Part shown: positions 12,501 through 23,716 of the stretch, one piece after another
How the letters are laid out: each line of letters opens with the position of its first letter
Numbering within the stretch: position 1 is the first letter of the stretch
Assembly (NCBI GenBank): GCA_965649765.1
Contig: OZ287757.1
Coordinates: 23,126,001 to 23,190,000, forward strand
Source of the DNA: Bispira polyomma
Lineage: Eukaryota
DNA: 64,000 nt
Direction: 5' to 3'
Made by a program: the position numbers and the translations under genes
Notes under the pieces: generated by a model
The model's database searches: none
What the model saw: only the letters and a program-made list of their open reading frames with translations
Told to the model about the DNA's origin: nothing

Positions 12501-15500
12501 AAGAAGGGCGACGTGCTGCACATAGTTAGTCAACAGGATGCCTGGTGGTGGCAGGCTCGTAAAGACGGGGAGTCTGTGGGCAGGGCTGGACTCATACCCA
12601 GCAAGATGCTGGCACAGAAGTAAGAGTTTGTTTGTTTATTTATTTATTCCTGCATGTTAGTGCATTCATTTTAAATATTTCTGTGTACAAAAAAATATTT
12701 ATATTTATGGAATTATATACAAGGTAAATTTACTTGTTTACTCATTACACAGTGTTTTGATTATGTAGGATAACTCACTGTGTGAAAAATTTGTGTACTT
12801 TTCATCCCTCGTAGGTATACATTCTTAAAACCACTTTACAGTCTATTAACCCTTGACAAAACCATATTGTCGGCCAACAGTGAACAGCATTTGCTACTCC
12901 TAGAACCTATGTCTTTTGGCAAGCAGTGGATACCATAAAAATATTATTTGATTTCCTTCTATAACTTGCAATATGAAATTGTCAGTGCAGCATACTCCTT
13001 TGTTTAACAAATTATATACAAGGTCATTATTAAATGCCAGAAGTAGTCTGTGGAGGGGTGCGTTCTGGTGACTCAAGCTATCTGTAAAAATTTCCTTCAC
13101 TTTCCGGCGATAGTTTTCTCTTTAGGTCGAAAAGGTTAAAACTGACCCATAACATAACTTATTTTCAAGATATCCTTTGTTTTAGATGTAAAAACTTGTG
13201 TTCAGCAGTGCTCTTAATACCCATGTACTGTATTTTAATTCTCCACAGGTTGAAGGGACACTTAAATTCTAAAGAGAACAAAGAAAACAGAAATCTCTCG
13301 GGTAAGACCGATACAGATGTATGTACAGTAAAACCTCTATTATCCGAACGTCCATTATTAAAATATTTGATTTTATGAACTCATTTTCACTCTCCTGAAT
13401 TTATATTTCCTACTGTATTCTTTTAAAATGCCTCTGCTTTTTTGTGAACCTTTAACTATCCAAACAAGATCTTACTCTTCTAACATGTTCGCTTAACAGA
13501 GGTTCCTCTGTCTTAAGTCATAATGTACTCCTACTTGTCAGCAAAGTTGCAATTTTTAACAATAGAATGTGAAATATTTTAGAAGGTAAATGATGTATGG
13601 GAGGTTACTGTCACAATACATTTTATATTCGATAAAAAACAAATATAACTTTAAAATTAGTTGTAATTCTCAGTAATTGCACATAGATGTACATATAAAA
13701 GGATTTTTGTTGTATATATTTTTGAAACTAAATTCACAATGTTTGTGTTGTTTTTCCATTTAGATGAGAAAAACAACCGATTCAGTCCGAGAGTGATGAA
13801 GAAATCCAAGAAGCCAAAAAAGCACCTGGATTCTGAGTATAGTTCAACTCCAGAAGGTAAATACCTCATCTACAGAACAATTCTTAGTGGAGGCATATTA
13901 TTATGTGTATGAACAATAAGAAACACTGTATGGCCAATAAAAAAACAAAACAATAAAAAAATGATACAAAGTATATTTTATTATTTTACATCCTTTTGAT
14001 TTGATGATGCTGGAAGATTCATAGACAAAGAATTTGGTTTTGGCTTTGGACACAAGCAATCTTTAATTATCTTATTTCTTTTTAGTTTTGATCAACTGTA
14101 TGAGTACATTATAATAATAAAAACATGTCACAAGACATTGTGGCCTCAATATTCATTCCAATATTGTAATTCAGTTTTACTATAATGTTACTTATATACA
14201 AAAACTATCCAAGGGACCCCTCAAATGTGGTCTTTGTTGACATGTGGTCTTTTATAGAAAGGTTGAATATTATGAAACATTTGGTCTTGGGAAATAAAAT
14301 TCTGATCTTAAAACAGACATGGTCTAATCTAATCAATTCTGTAGTGGCACTTACTCTCCGTACTAGCGGATTCTAAGGCTCAACAATCAAAATCATTGTT
14401 TAGTAGTTGTGTTGTGGTGGACAGAAAAAAGGGTTGTTACTAGAGAGTGAGTCGTTAATCATAAGATCTCTCTCTAGAGACGTGGTCTCTTGACCAGGTT
14501 TAACTGTCTATTCAAACCTCTATACATCTATAATGTACTACGACAAAGTTATAGCTGTACCTACCCACCACAAGGTTTCACAGACCAAGTTATTGTGCTG
14601 ATCCTGACTAACTGACTAAATAACCTCTGTATTTGCAGTGTTCTATAGAGAAGTAGAGCTGTACTTACCGACCCCAAGGTTCCACAGACCATGTTATTTT
14701 GCTGATCCTGACTAAATAACCTCTGTATTTGCAGTGTACTAAGAAGAGGTAGAGCTGTACTTACCGGCCCCAAGTTTCCACAGACCCCTGGTTCTAGTAG
14801 GACCATGGTATTATTATCTGATCCCAGCTAAATAACCTCTGTATTTGTAGTGTACCATCAAAAAGGTAGGGCTGTACTTGTCCACCGCAAGGTTCCAAAG
14901 ACCATGGTATTCTGACTGATTCTGACTAAATGACCTCTGTATTTTTAGTGTACTATGAAGAGGTAGAGCTGTACTTGCCGACCTCAAGGTTTCACAGATC
15001 GTGTTATTTTGCTGATCCTGACTAACCTCTGTATTTGCAGTGTATTATGAAGAGGTAGAGCTGTACCTGCCCACCCCAAGGTTTCACAGACCCCTGGTTC
15101 TAGTAGGACCCACCCACCTCCAATTAGACAGACTGGCAGACCAAGTGTGTGACTCAGACCCTCACATGTTTGCTGTACCCACATTGTGTGAGTTCATCAT
15201 CAAAACATATTATTTATTTATTGTAGGGACATAGTACACATGTAAATTACAGAAATAATACACTAAATATAAGATAAATACCCAGCCCTGATGGGCTTAT
15301 TTGTCACGACTAATCAAGTTTAGCTGGCAGTTACACAAATACAACAAATACACATCTACTTAAGCCAAATAACCAAATACACATCAAGTTAAGCCTAAAT
15401 ATCTTTGTTTTAATTTTTGTTATTTAGCAACATATATATTTTTCCCCACATTTCTGTGATCAAATCAACCATTAGTGCGACTCTATGTGTACACTTGGTG

Positions 15501-18500
15501 ACAGAGTACTCAAAAACTAAAGGCACTACTCATTTGGGCCCTACAGCTATTTTATGAAGCTTCAAATTTTAGTTTTTGTATAAATGATATTTCCCTTGCA
15601 ATATGTTTAGATGATATTGACAATTAAAATGGTATTATGCTTTTGAAGGTTACTTATTACATTGTTTTCTGTCTATGAAGTTATATTTACTGTATATTTA
15701 GGTAGGGTTGAAACAAATCAAAACAAATTATATGATTAGTATTCTAGAGTAAAATTATAGGCAACATAAGTCAAAAGGAATGAACCAAAATCTCTGTAAT
15801 ATTCAGACTTAAAAGATAAGTTGTTATACAGTAGAACATTAAACTGCAAAAATACATACACAAATAGATTTTAGGACCTGTTTAATGTTTCAGGTTCAAA
15901 TCAACCAAAATCAGAGATCCGAAGCCACCGCCAGAAGTATGTCACTGCTCATGAACTGGAGAAATACATCAGGGACAAGAGGTAGGTTACACCATCTGCC
16001 ACTGTGGTCAAGTAGGTTACACTTTGTGACATAGAGGACTTGGGTTCAATCCCTGCCTCTGGTGGGCCAGGTACAGGAAGAAACATAGTGACTTTGATGA
16101 CCACTTCAAATATACAAAACATATATATGGATTTCCTTAATGATGGAAAGAAGGTAGGCATCTTGCCATTCATTTTAATCAAATACAATGTTGTTTTTCC
16201 TGAGTTTGTTTTTATTTAAAAACAATTTACCAATCAGATTAAAGTAATTAATAGTTTCTAATCTATCACGATGAGCTGATTGAATACCAAAAATAATAGT
16301 TTGCAATTTAACACTCAATTAAAAATCTTGTATTGAAAACTTTGATAAAACCGTCCTGTTTATTTTATAGAATATTAGAACACGAGGAAAAAGGTGGCTA
16401 CTTCTTTGCTCTCACCGATGAAGAAGTCAAAGCTCGCCTACACAGCGGCAAGACTTGTGTGATGTGCAGTAAACCAGAGGTAGGTCCAGGTCACATTAAT
16501 ACAACAATTATCCTTATTTATTTTACAATAAAGATTTCCAAAAGGTTCTCAAGGCAAAAAAGTAACACCAAACAAAAGTTACACAAAGTGGCCATCTTCT
16601 CTAAAAGTCTTAGTGGATATAAAAAATTGGTCCTTAGTAAAATAGGTAAGGTGTTTCCATGTGCATTGCTTGGAGTTGTGACAAAATTCGCTGTGGGATC
16701 CAATATTGCAGCATCTACAAGCATTTGTAAGCTGGAAGTACAAAAAAATACTCAATCAAATTTTTAGTCTTATTCTTTTCGTTAAAATGATGAAAAAAAA
16801 AAATTTAAAATCTCAACTTAAATGTCAGGTCATCGCTATTATCTTGGCTGATATTCATAGAGATTCTGATCCTTAAATAGTGGTTGGATTGAAAAGATTT
16901 ATTCAAAGAATCTGATTGATTATAACTAAACCAAAAACAATTAATACCGTTCTCAGAATACTTGTAACTATGGCCCCAGAACTTCTATTTTCTTAATTTG
17001 ATTTTGATGAACTCAATTTTAATGTACCAAAAATTGCCTAATCCATTTGATGCAAACACATTAGAATCTGAAAGGATGATCAAAGAGTGTCTATACAACA
17101 GAGATGCTTCAGTATTATTGGTATTATTCTAAAGACTGGATACTTAATACTTACAGTACTTAACATTTGCACACCTATCTTACAGACTATTCCAGCCCTG
17201 AGAAGAGGGGACATTAAACCATACACTATATTGGTCCGGCCTCAACCACAGGACAAATCCAGGTTATCAGGAATACCAAGAAGGGGAACCAAGGTTTGTT
17301 TGATTGATTACCTCTACTAAGGAGGTGATGTTTTCATGCCTGTCTATTCTACTATGTACTGAAACAAACTTTCCAATTTGGTCCTATGTGCAGCCTGTAT
17401 TACCGGTTCCGCTCTCTATCTCGCCCATGTTCCCGTAACTGCCCATTCCTAACTTTTCAAATATTACGGAAAACGGCCAATTATTTTTGCTAAAAACATA
17501 TCATATAACAACCAATATAAACAAAATATCAAAAATCAATGTTTTTATATGCAAAACTTTGCAAAACATACCAGTTTAAGGTAACTTGGTCATATAACCA
17601 ACCATCATTTGTGCTTCCAGTGTATACTAAAAATGGTGACGTTTTCTCACCTGGGAGCACCTGTAATTTCCTGTACACAGTTGGGAGATAAAACAACAAA
17701 ATGGGGCTGTTTTTTACAAGGAATTGTATGGAATTGTTGATTGTTCTATTTCACAGATCAAATAGGTGATTTTTATGTACTTTATGTCATTTTATATTTT
17801 TTCTACGGATTGAAGCGAAAAACGAGTTCGTGCAAACGGCCATTCTCGCAAATGCCCACACAACTTCTTCGAATTTTTGTCGTTTTCGCCCCTTGGCGCT
17901 TCCGAGAGTGGAACCGGTATTTGATTTACACTTTTGAGTTTATAAAAAATTTAATTTAATCAATACAGTCTTAAATTAATGTTATTACGCACAACACCAT
18001 CTGAACTTCCATTATCTAAATATTTGACAATTGTTCCCTGTCTCAAATTTTCATTTACCTATTGTTTTATATACTTAAATGCCTCTTCCATTTTATGAAC
18101 CTACTATTATCGAAACAAAATCTTGTCACCCCAGCATGTTCGGATAACACAGGTTACAAAATACTTCCACTGTGGCCTAATGGGTAACATAACTTGCTTA
18201 TGAATGCAGAGGACCTTGGTTTGATTCTCTGTCTTTGGCTTTATCTCCAGTGATAGGCTAAAGAACCACAGGGATGTTGATAAATGGTCATCCTCAAGCT
18301 TCTCTCTTCCGTTAATTGCTAGTTGGCTGTACCTTGGGCAGTCACAAAAAGGTCACTTGGTCACTTTGAATACAACGTAAAGGTGTATAAATGAGTATAA
18401 ATTAGAACACAATACAATACAATTTTAGTTTGCCATATACATTATTTACTTATATACATGTCATTACTGTTTAAATTTATATGTGTTTACAGGATTCTGA

Positions 18501-18672
18501 CTTAAGTAAAGCCCTGGAAGAATGTACTCGTATAGAAGACCAGTATGCACCCTTACTAGACACATCACTTACATACTCTAAAAACACAGACAGTCTCATC
18601 AAAGACATTGTAACGATTGCTCACAACCTTCGCTCAAATCCCTCCTGGCTTCCTGCTGCATGGACCAGATAG
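6392..18672 (+). CDS. MPP7: MAGUK p55 subfamily scaffold protein, MPP7-like (L27-L27-PDZ-SH3-HOOK-GK), 13 coding exons, 565 aa
   Basis: Manual splice join(6392..6571,7779..7937,8608..8745,9474..9558,9979..10139,12423..12619,13249..13301,13764..13856,15041..15187,15894..15981,16371..16479,17186..17293,18493..18672) = 1698 nt, open, all GT-AG, phases consistent. Motifs DCGLKNLLTSL, SLLKVHEK, LSSPHVKCLLEAHDQVA, EPLGATI, ARVMHGGAADRAG, KACFDYSP..PCPEAGLGFKKGD..WWQA..GLIPS, RPLVLVGP, KPYTILVRP and C-terminal WLPAAW match the MPP3/4/7 group. Exact orthology not tested. Confidence 0.9.
6477..7045 (+). repeat. Diverged tandem array (4 units, ~140-170 bp) of the exon-1 3' end plus donor
   Basis: tgacgtca...aactg...aag|gtaa recurs with GT at 6572, 6728, 6896 and 7036; the first three continue gggtt.att.at.aattg.caagt. 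Confidence 0.85.
7518..7708 (-). mobile_element. SINE family B copy
   Basis: Same core tacctgacaaactttcccacatgaaggaa...accactagg. Confidence 0.7.
7779..7937 (+). CDS. MPP7: MPP7-like coding exon 2 (L27N/L27C)
   Basis: tcctcctatag|GTC CAT GAG; VHEKVTTP...LLAVLSSPHVK; AAG|gtataa. Confidence 0.88.
7917..8409 (+). repeat. 33-bp tandem array (7 units) of the exon-2 donor junction, interrupted by a SINE
   Basis: Unit ctgagtagtccacatgtaaag|gtataaatagaa (21 nt exon + 12 nt intron). Real copy at 7917; six more at 8212-8409. Confidence 0.92.
7956..8203 (-). mobile_element. tRNA-derived SINE, family A, with 14-bp TSD
   Basis: Reverse complement of family A; flanked by aaatagaactgagt at 7942-7955 and 8204-8217. 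Confidence 0.9.
8608..8745 (+). CDS. MPP7: MPP7-like coding exon 3 (L27C end, PDZ start)
   Basis: acacag|TGT; CLLEAHDQVAAKKFLPILP...VQLVKGDTEPL; CTG|gtaaga. Confidence 0.92.
9474..9558 (+). CDS. MPP7: MPP7-like coding exon 4 (PDZ)
   Basis: ttctccccttag|GGT GCC ACC ATT; GATIQMQEGENTSVRVARVMHGGAADRA; CAG|gtgagt. Confidence 0.92.
9979..10139 (+). CDS. MPP7: MPP7-like coding exon 5 (PDZ)
   Basis: gattacag|GC; GVFEIGDQVKEVNG...EHTK; AAG|gtcagg. Confidence 0.9.
11560..12479 (+). repeat. 85-bp tandem array of the SH3-exon acceptor junction
   Basis: Exon stubs start at 11914, 11999, 12084, 12169, 12254 and 12339; real exon at 12423; older degenerate copies at ~11570 and 11724. Confidence 0.95.
12423..12619 (+). 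CDS. MPP7: MPP7-like coding exon 6 (SH3)
   Basis: tcccctccctag|GTG AAG; complete SH3 VKVKACFDY...WWWQARK...GLIPSK; AA|gtaaga. Confidence 0.93.
13249..13301 (+). CDS. MPP7: MPP7-like coding exon 7 (HOOK)
   Basis: ttctccacag|G TTG AAG; LKGHLNSKENKENRNLS; CGG|gtaaga; bridges phase 2 to phase 1. Confidence 0.78.
13326..13510. mobile_element. Tigger/pogo-like MITE
   Basis: ta|cagtaaaacctctattatccgaac ... gttcgcttaacagaggttcctctg; related pieces at ~18000-18155 and 4803-4938. Confidence 0.65.
13764..13856 (+). CDS. MPP7: MPP7-like coding exon 8 (basic HOOK)
   Basis: tttttccatttag|AT GAG; DEKNNRFSPRVMKKSKKPKKHLDSEYSSTPE; AAG|gtaaat; phase 1/1. Confidence 0.78.
14525..15092 (+). repeat. ~92-116-bp tandem array of the GK-exon (exon 9) acceptor junction
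   Basis: acctctgtattt(gc/gt/tt)ag|tgt... with stubs starting at 14639, 14735, 14851 and 14949; real exon at 15041; decayed copy at ~14533. Confidence 0.92.
15041..15187 (+). CDS. MPP7: MPP7-like coding exon 9 (GK start)
   Basis: gactaac...tatttgcag|TG TAT TAT GAA GAG GTA; YEEVELY..RPLVLVGP; T|gtgagt. Confidence 0.9.
15894..15981 (+). CDS. MPP7: MPP7-like coding exon 10 (GK)
   Basis: tgtttcag|GT TCA; SNQPKSEIRSHRQKYVTAHELEKYIRDK; AG|gtaggt; phases fit both neighbours. Confidence 0.8.
16371..16479 (+). CDS. MPP7: MPP7-like coding exon 11 (GK)
   Basis: tttattttatag|A ATA TTA GAA; ILEHEEKGGYFFAL...GKTCVMCSKPE; GAG|gtaggt. Confidence 0.85.
17186..17293 (+). CDS. MPP7: MPP7-like coding exon 12 (GK)
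   Basis: tcttacag|ACT; TIPALRRGDIKPYTILVRPQ; AAG|gtttgt. Confidence 0.85.
17403..17917. mobile_element. Non-autonomous Tc1/mariner-type DNA transposon (MITE) in intron 12
   Basis: TIR ccggttccgctctc / gagagtggaaccgg (1 mismatch), flanked by TA on both sides. Confidence 0.8.
18493..18672 (+). CDS. MPP7: MPP7-like last coding exon (GK C-terminus)
   Basis: tgtttacag|GAT; ends ...NPSWLPAAWTR-TAG, matching the WxPxxW terminus of p55 MAGUKs. Confidence 0.9.
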   Translation, partial: DSDLSKALEECTRIEDQYAPLLDTSLTYSKNTDSLIKDIVTIAHNLRSNPSWLPAAWTR

Positions 18673-18710
18673 CCAATCAAAATGGAGAGTTTATAATTTT
18701 CCCCTCTGGT

Positions 18711-19117
18711 TGAATGGTCATGCAGGTGATCTAGGATGGGCTGATTGGTAGTGCAGGTGATCTAGAATTGTGCTGAATGGTCATACAGAGGAATCTTGAA
18801 TTGTGCTGAATGGTTGTGCAGGGGGATCTAGAATAGAGCTGAATGGTCGCACAGGGGGATCTAGAATTGTGCTGAATGGTAGGGCAGGGGGATCTAGAAT
18901 TGTGCTGAATGGTCGTGCAAGGGGGATCTACAATTGTGCTGAATGGTCGTGCAGGGGGTTCTAGAATTGTGCTGAATGGTGGTGCAGGGGGGTCTAGAAT
19001 TGTGCTGAATGGCCGTGCAGCGGATCTAGAATTGTGCTGAATAGTTGCACAGGGTGATCTAGAATTGTGCTAAATCGTCATGCTGAATAGTTGCGTAGGG
19101 GATATAGAATTGTGCTA
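18711..19117 (+). repeat. 33-bp minisatellite in the MPP7-like 3' UTR
   Basis: ~12 copies of gctgaatggtcgtgcagggggatctagaattgt starting ~40 nt after the stop. Confidence 0.92.
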
Positions 19118-20038
19118 TGTCCATTAGTTCAGTCATCAGTTTGTGATATTTGTGAAATTATAGGACAACATGTTTGACATGTGGGTTTGTATTCTTAAAA
19201 GATCTCAAGCTCAACTCAGATTTAAATCCCCATATCGCTGGTTAGAGTAAAGTCAACTAAAATCTAACTGTATATTTAGCACTGAAATCTCTATTAAACA
19301 AATGGTCACAAGTATAGGTTGCTTTCACGTACACAGACTTTCACATATCCTTCATTTGGGTTGCGTCTAAGTTTAAGTTTGAGTTTCTTTCAAGAATACA
19401 GGTCCTGATCATCATATTTTGTATGGGGCTTTGTTGTGTTGATACAATGCACGATACAATTTTCCCTTCAAATGTGGAAATCAAAACGGTCATCCTGGTA
19501 AATTAAAAAAAAAGAGTCTATATTCATCTACAGCCAATTAGATATGGATATAGTTGCTTTGTCAAAGAGGGAAATCTTTTATGACTTTCTGGTAAAGCAA
19601 TTGCAATTGACTGTTGGATTACATGAAGCAACTTTTCCGGGATATTCATAAAATGCCAAATACAGTAAGAAATGAGCATTTCTGAGCTAATTCTTCACCC
19701 AATAGAATTACAATTCAAAAATTATAATTTTTTCCGCACACAAATTCTTACATTACAGACTTTTACACAATTAATTCAACTTCTTCAGCAAAGGTAAAGT
19801 GTTTGAACACATATCTACGGTGGGGGATCATTACAATGTTTGATTGTTTTGTGTTTGTTCATATCTCTGTATAAAAGTGGAGTGTTGTGGGTGTTAATTA
19901 TCAATGAAAGCAATTTGTATGAATATAATGTGTAATAGAAAGTATATTGTCATAGTTTCTTTGTTTATGTGTTATGTTTGTGTCAAAAAGTCTCAATTTT
20001 TCCAACATCAATGCAGTATTATTATGTCAATATATCAT

Positions 20039-20062
20039 AATAAAGTCTTTTACAAGAATAAA
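20039..20062 (+). terminator. Candidate polyadenylation signals of the MPP7-like gene
   Basis: Two AATAAA (20039, 20057) followed by a GT/T-rich tract, 1.4 kb after the stop. AATAAA is common in AT-rich DNA. Confidence 0.4.
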
Positions 20063-22029
20063 ATTTATAATAATTTCTAATGTGTCTTACTTTTTGACTT
20101 TAATGTTGTACTAGATGGAATTCAATTCTCTCTTTAATCAGTGGAACGACTGGTGTCAATTGGCTGTACTTGAAGCAATCAAGAAAAGACAGCTTAGCAT
20201 TTTGAGTACTCCAAACATGAGGGACAATATGTTCCAAGCCAGATAGTTGAGGAGTTCCCGGCCTATATTCTCAAATCTACAATCTCTGTGTAAATCTGAA
20301 CACAGTAAACTTATCTAAAATCATATTCCTGAATTTCGGAACATTCAGATTTCAAAGTTTGAAGACACCTGTGAGCTTTTATTATAAATAATTAACTGTT
20401 AAATATATAAGTAATGTATGTTGAAAAGAAATTTTTGGCACACATTTTGGCAATAGAAATTGCCCATTGTATGCAAAATATTGGGGGACACTTTATCAAT
20501 AATACATGGCATGCACCCATTGACTACGTAACTGTAGAAAGGATGTATTAGCTAAAAGCCATATACTGATGACTAATGCTACTTCAAAGGACTATCCCTT
20601 CTTGGTAACCTGGTGGATATAAGTGTCTGCAGTAATATCACTACAGCCTCTCAACTTTGATGGAAGTGGGTTCAAATGCCACTCCTTCATTTGCAAAAGT
20701 TTTTCAGGTTCTTGCCATAGGTTAGTGGTTTCCAGTACAAATACATGTAGTATTGTTTTTTTTCACCAATAAATCTGGCTGTCATGACTCAGAGATGTTA
20801 TAAGTGATTGTAAAACCTAGAGAAATTCAAATTCGTGGAAAACAAAGACATTAGAGGATGTACCATAATCAACAATTTAATGGTGTTGAATACATAATAT
20901 ACATTCTAACTCTTTAAAGGTAGAATTCTGTTGAGTCAATTATCTGATGTGGGTAAATATATGTAGTCCCACAAAGGCCTTTAATATCAATCCTTTCAAG
21001 TGGATATCTTGCACAAGTAGAAAGCATTTCATCTAATCGGTTAAAGTTTAACTTAAATGGGGTTCATTTACTTTAAGTAAAACTAGATAAACACACCTTT
21101 GTCATATTATTGTAAGTATGTTACATAAAATATCTAAACGAGCGGATCATTACATGGTAAGACATGACAAGTATATGTCAATACCAAAGGCATTCTCTAT
21201 GATAAAATTTACACCAAAATTAGTTGCCGTGTAATTAACATTTTTGTATCAGAAATGGGTATCGATTAGATTCTTAAGATGAACATGTTTGTTGTTTGCG
21301 CCTTTTTATCTGATAATGCTGTTTTTGTTAAATTTTTAAAGTTACTAATAAGCCCTTGTAGGCTTGATATGAACATAATGTTTACTGTTAATGGCAGCAT
21401 ACCAGTCACAATGCTAAACAAATATCTATATATCCACTAAAACTAGGAGAGAATGCATACTGTACTATAATACTGTATCCCCTGTTCTATGTATAGCCTA
21501 CTCCCTCCACATATAAATTGTATCAATAAATTTTGTGTAACCTTGTTGACAAACAAACAAACAAACACAATCGGTTGGGAAAACATAACCTCCTCGGTGG
21601 AGGTAATAATTTACAGATTTCTCCTTCATGCCTTTAGTGTATTAGTACCTGGGTCCCATTTACACAAATGACCGCTACAAACCTATCACAGATTTATCCA
21701 TGATGGTTAGTCGCGCTATGTTTCCAAAATTTATACTGTTCAAAATTTATACAGTCGTGGATCGGCCATTCATTGCAGGTTTAAGGAGGGGTTTTCCATT
21801 TTTGTTAAAAGTGAAAATTTGTGTTAAGAATGTGAAAGTATGTGTCGTAAACGCTGCAGTAGGGAGTAGAAGGTGTGGGTGTATTTAAAAAAGCTGCAAA
21901 CGTGAGGATTAATAACCATAAGTAACTGGTATATGTACATTTTGTGTGGGCATTTGACTGTAAAAGTGAGAATTAGTGAGAACATTCTATGTTAGTAACA
22001 GATAAGTGGCCATGCAGTAAATTTATTTC

Positions 22030-22200
22030 AGATTAGTGACAGATTAGTGACCACAAGTGTACATTTATTCCATGTTAGTGATAGATTAATGACCATAAGT
22101 GTACATTCATTCCTAGTCAGTGACAGATTAGTGGCCATAAGTGTACATTCATTCCATGTTAGTGACAGATCAGTGACCATAAGTGTACATTCATTCTATG
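22030..22200 (+). repeat. ~42-bp minisatellite
   Basis: 4 copies of ttagtgacagattagtgaccataagtgtacattcattccatg. Confidence 0.85.
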
Positions 22201-23220
22201 ACGTGTTAGTCTCAGAAGGTAACATACACGTTAACATTTTGACATACAAATCTGACAGGAAAATCTGCAGACAAATCGTCCAACCCCACGATCAGCCACA
22301 TAGACATGTGTAAATGATACCCGGGCCTTTATACTTATTATTAAGTAGTATTTCTGGTAGTTTTCTCTCAACAACAGGCCACACACAGAGAAATCACTTT
22401 CTACCCAATACCATTGTACCTTAATCCTTTGAACCTCAATGTTGTAATTGCCAGACAGTAAATAAATCATTGTAAATTCATTCTTCTCCCACTTCTTCTA
22501 ATCTCCCTCTTTCAGCAGCAAATCAATGGCAGCACTTAAACACAATTAAACAGTGGCAGTCAGCAACTGATCCATGGCATGCAATATACTGACTCAATCA
22601 GAAACAAATCTCTGACTAGGGTTGTTTGTTGAATATTGACCATATATTTTCCAAAAGTCAAAAGAAGCTTATATAATCTAAGGCCTTTCTACACCTGGCT
22701 AGAGAAATCACAATAAGAACTGAAAGGCATGCATGATTTAAAATCACTAGTGGAAACTGGTTCAGAGTTTTGTAACATAATCTAGTCAAAATGATGTTTA
22801 GTTGAATAAAGGATATCACTGGTTATTAGCAATATGAGCCCAACCAAAAGAATGTAACAACTTATAATTGTAAATCTACTGCCTTATGTTGATAAATGTA
22901 TCATGTAGAACACATAACTTTCCATTGACTTTGTACTGATTTTACTAGGTAGCCGAGGCTAAAGATATACCGAAGCCAGTGCCACCCGTGTATTAAATAC
23001 ATCTAATGCTTCAAATTACAAGACACCTGATGGTTAAATAATCAAATTGATTTTTTGCCAAAGTTATAGCCATACATAAATATACAGGGTTATCATCGGT
23101 AGTGCTAATAGAATTTCATGTTGTACATAACATTGGTCTGCACATAACGTAAGTATTGCCAAATAAATATATTTACTAAGTTAACAGGAAATACATAATA
23201 TTCAAATAACTACAAAAATA

Positions 23221-23694
23221 CAGTATAACCTCTATTATCCAAACATGTTGAGGGAGTAAGAATTGTAGATGTTTCATAGAAAGTTAAAAGCACCATATTA
23301 GTGTACTACTAGTTACTTTACTTATAATTATTCTCACGTTTTAATAAAAATTAGTGACTGTACTGTCTGTGTCCATGAAATATATTAGATCTTTATTCCC
23401 CAGCCGGGACTTAGCGCAAAAGTCTAGCAGCTCACACAAAGAGCCCCTACTAAGTAGAATTCACTAGACAGGGCGAGGTTTTGTTGTTGAATTTGGCTCT
23501 ATATGAATACCACTAAACACTAATACTATTACAGAAGGAAGAACTTAAAATAGTAGTAGTTTCTACGCCTTGTGTCGTGAATTCTAAAATTTAGCCTGAA
23601 GGCTTAGTGGGAAACTATCAAACTATTTTAGGAGAGTTTATTTAGTTCAACTGTGGCGAGGAATCTAAGGTTTGGCTAATAGAGGTTCTACTGT
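23221..23694. mobile_element. Tigger/pogo-like MITE just downstream of the - strand gene stop
   Basis: ta|cagtataacctctattatccaaac ... gtttggctaatagaggttctactg|ta inverted termini. Confidence 0.7.
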
Positions 23695-23716
23695 ACAAAC
23701 TATAGCTCATTAATTA

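Noticed and set aside
15982-16022. gtaggttacac repeated after the exon-10 donor; also a 32-bp doublet at 8515-8580 and accaaggt repeated near 10134-10165
   Set aside because: Too short or not spanning a junction. The second exon-10 copy lies in a SINE-like head. Not counted among the junction arrays.
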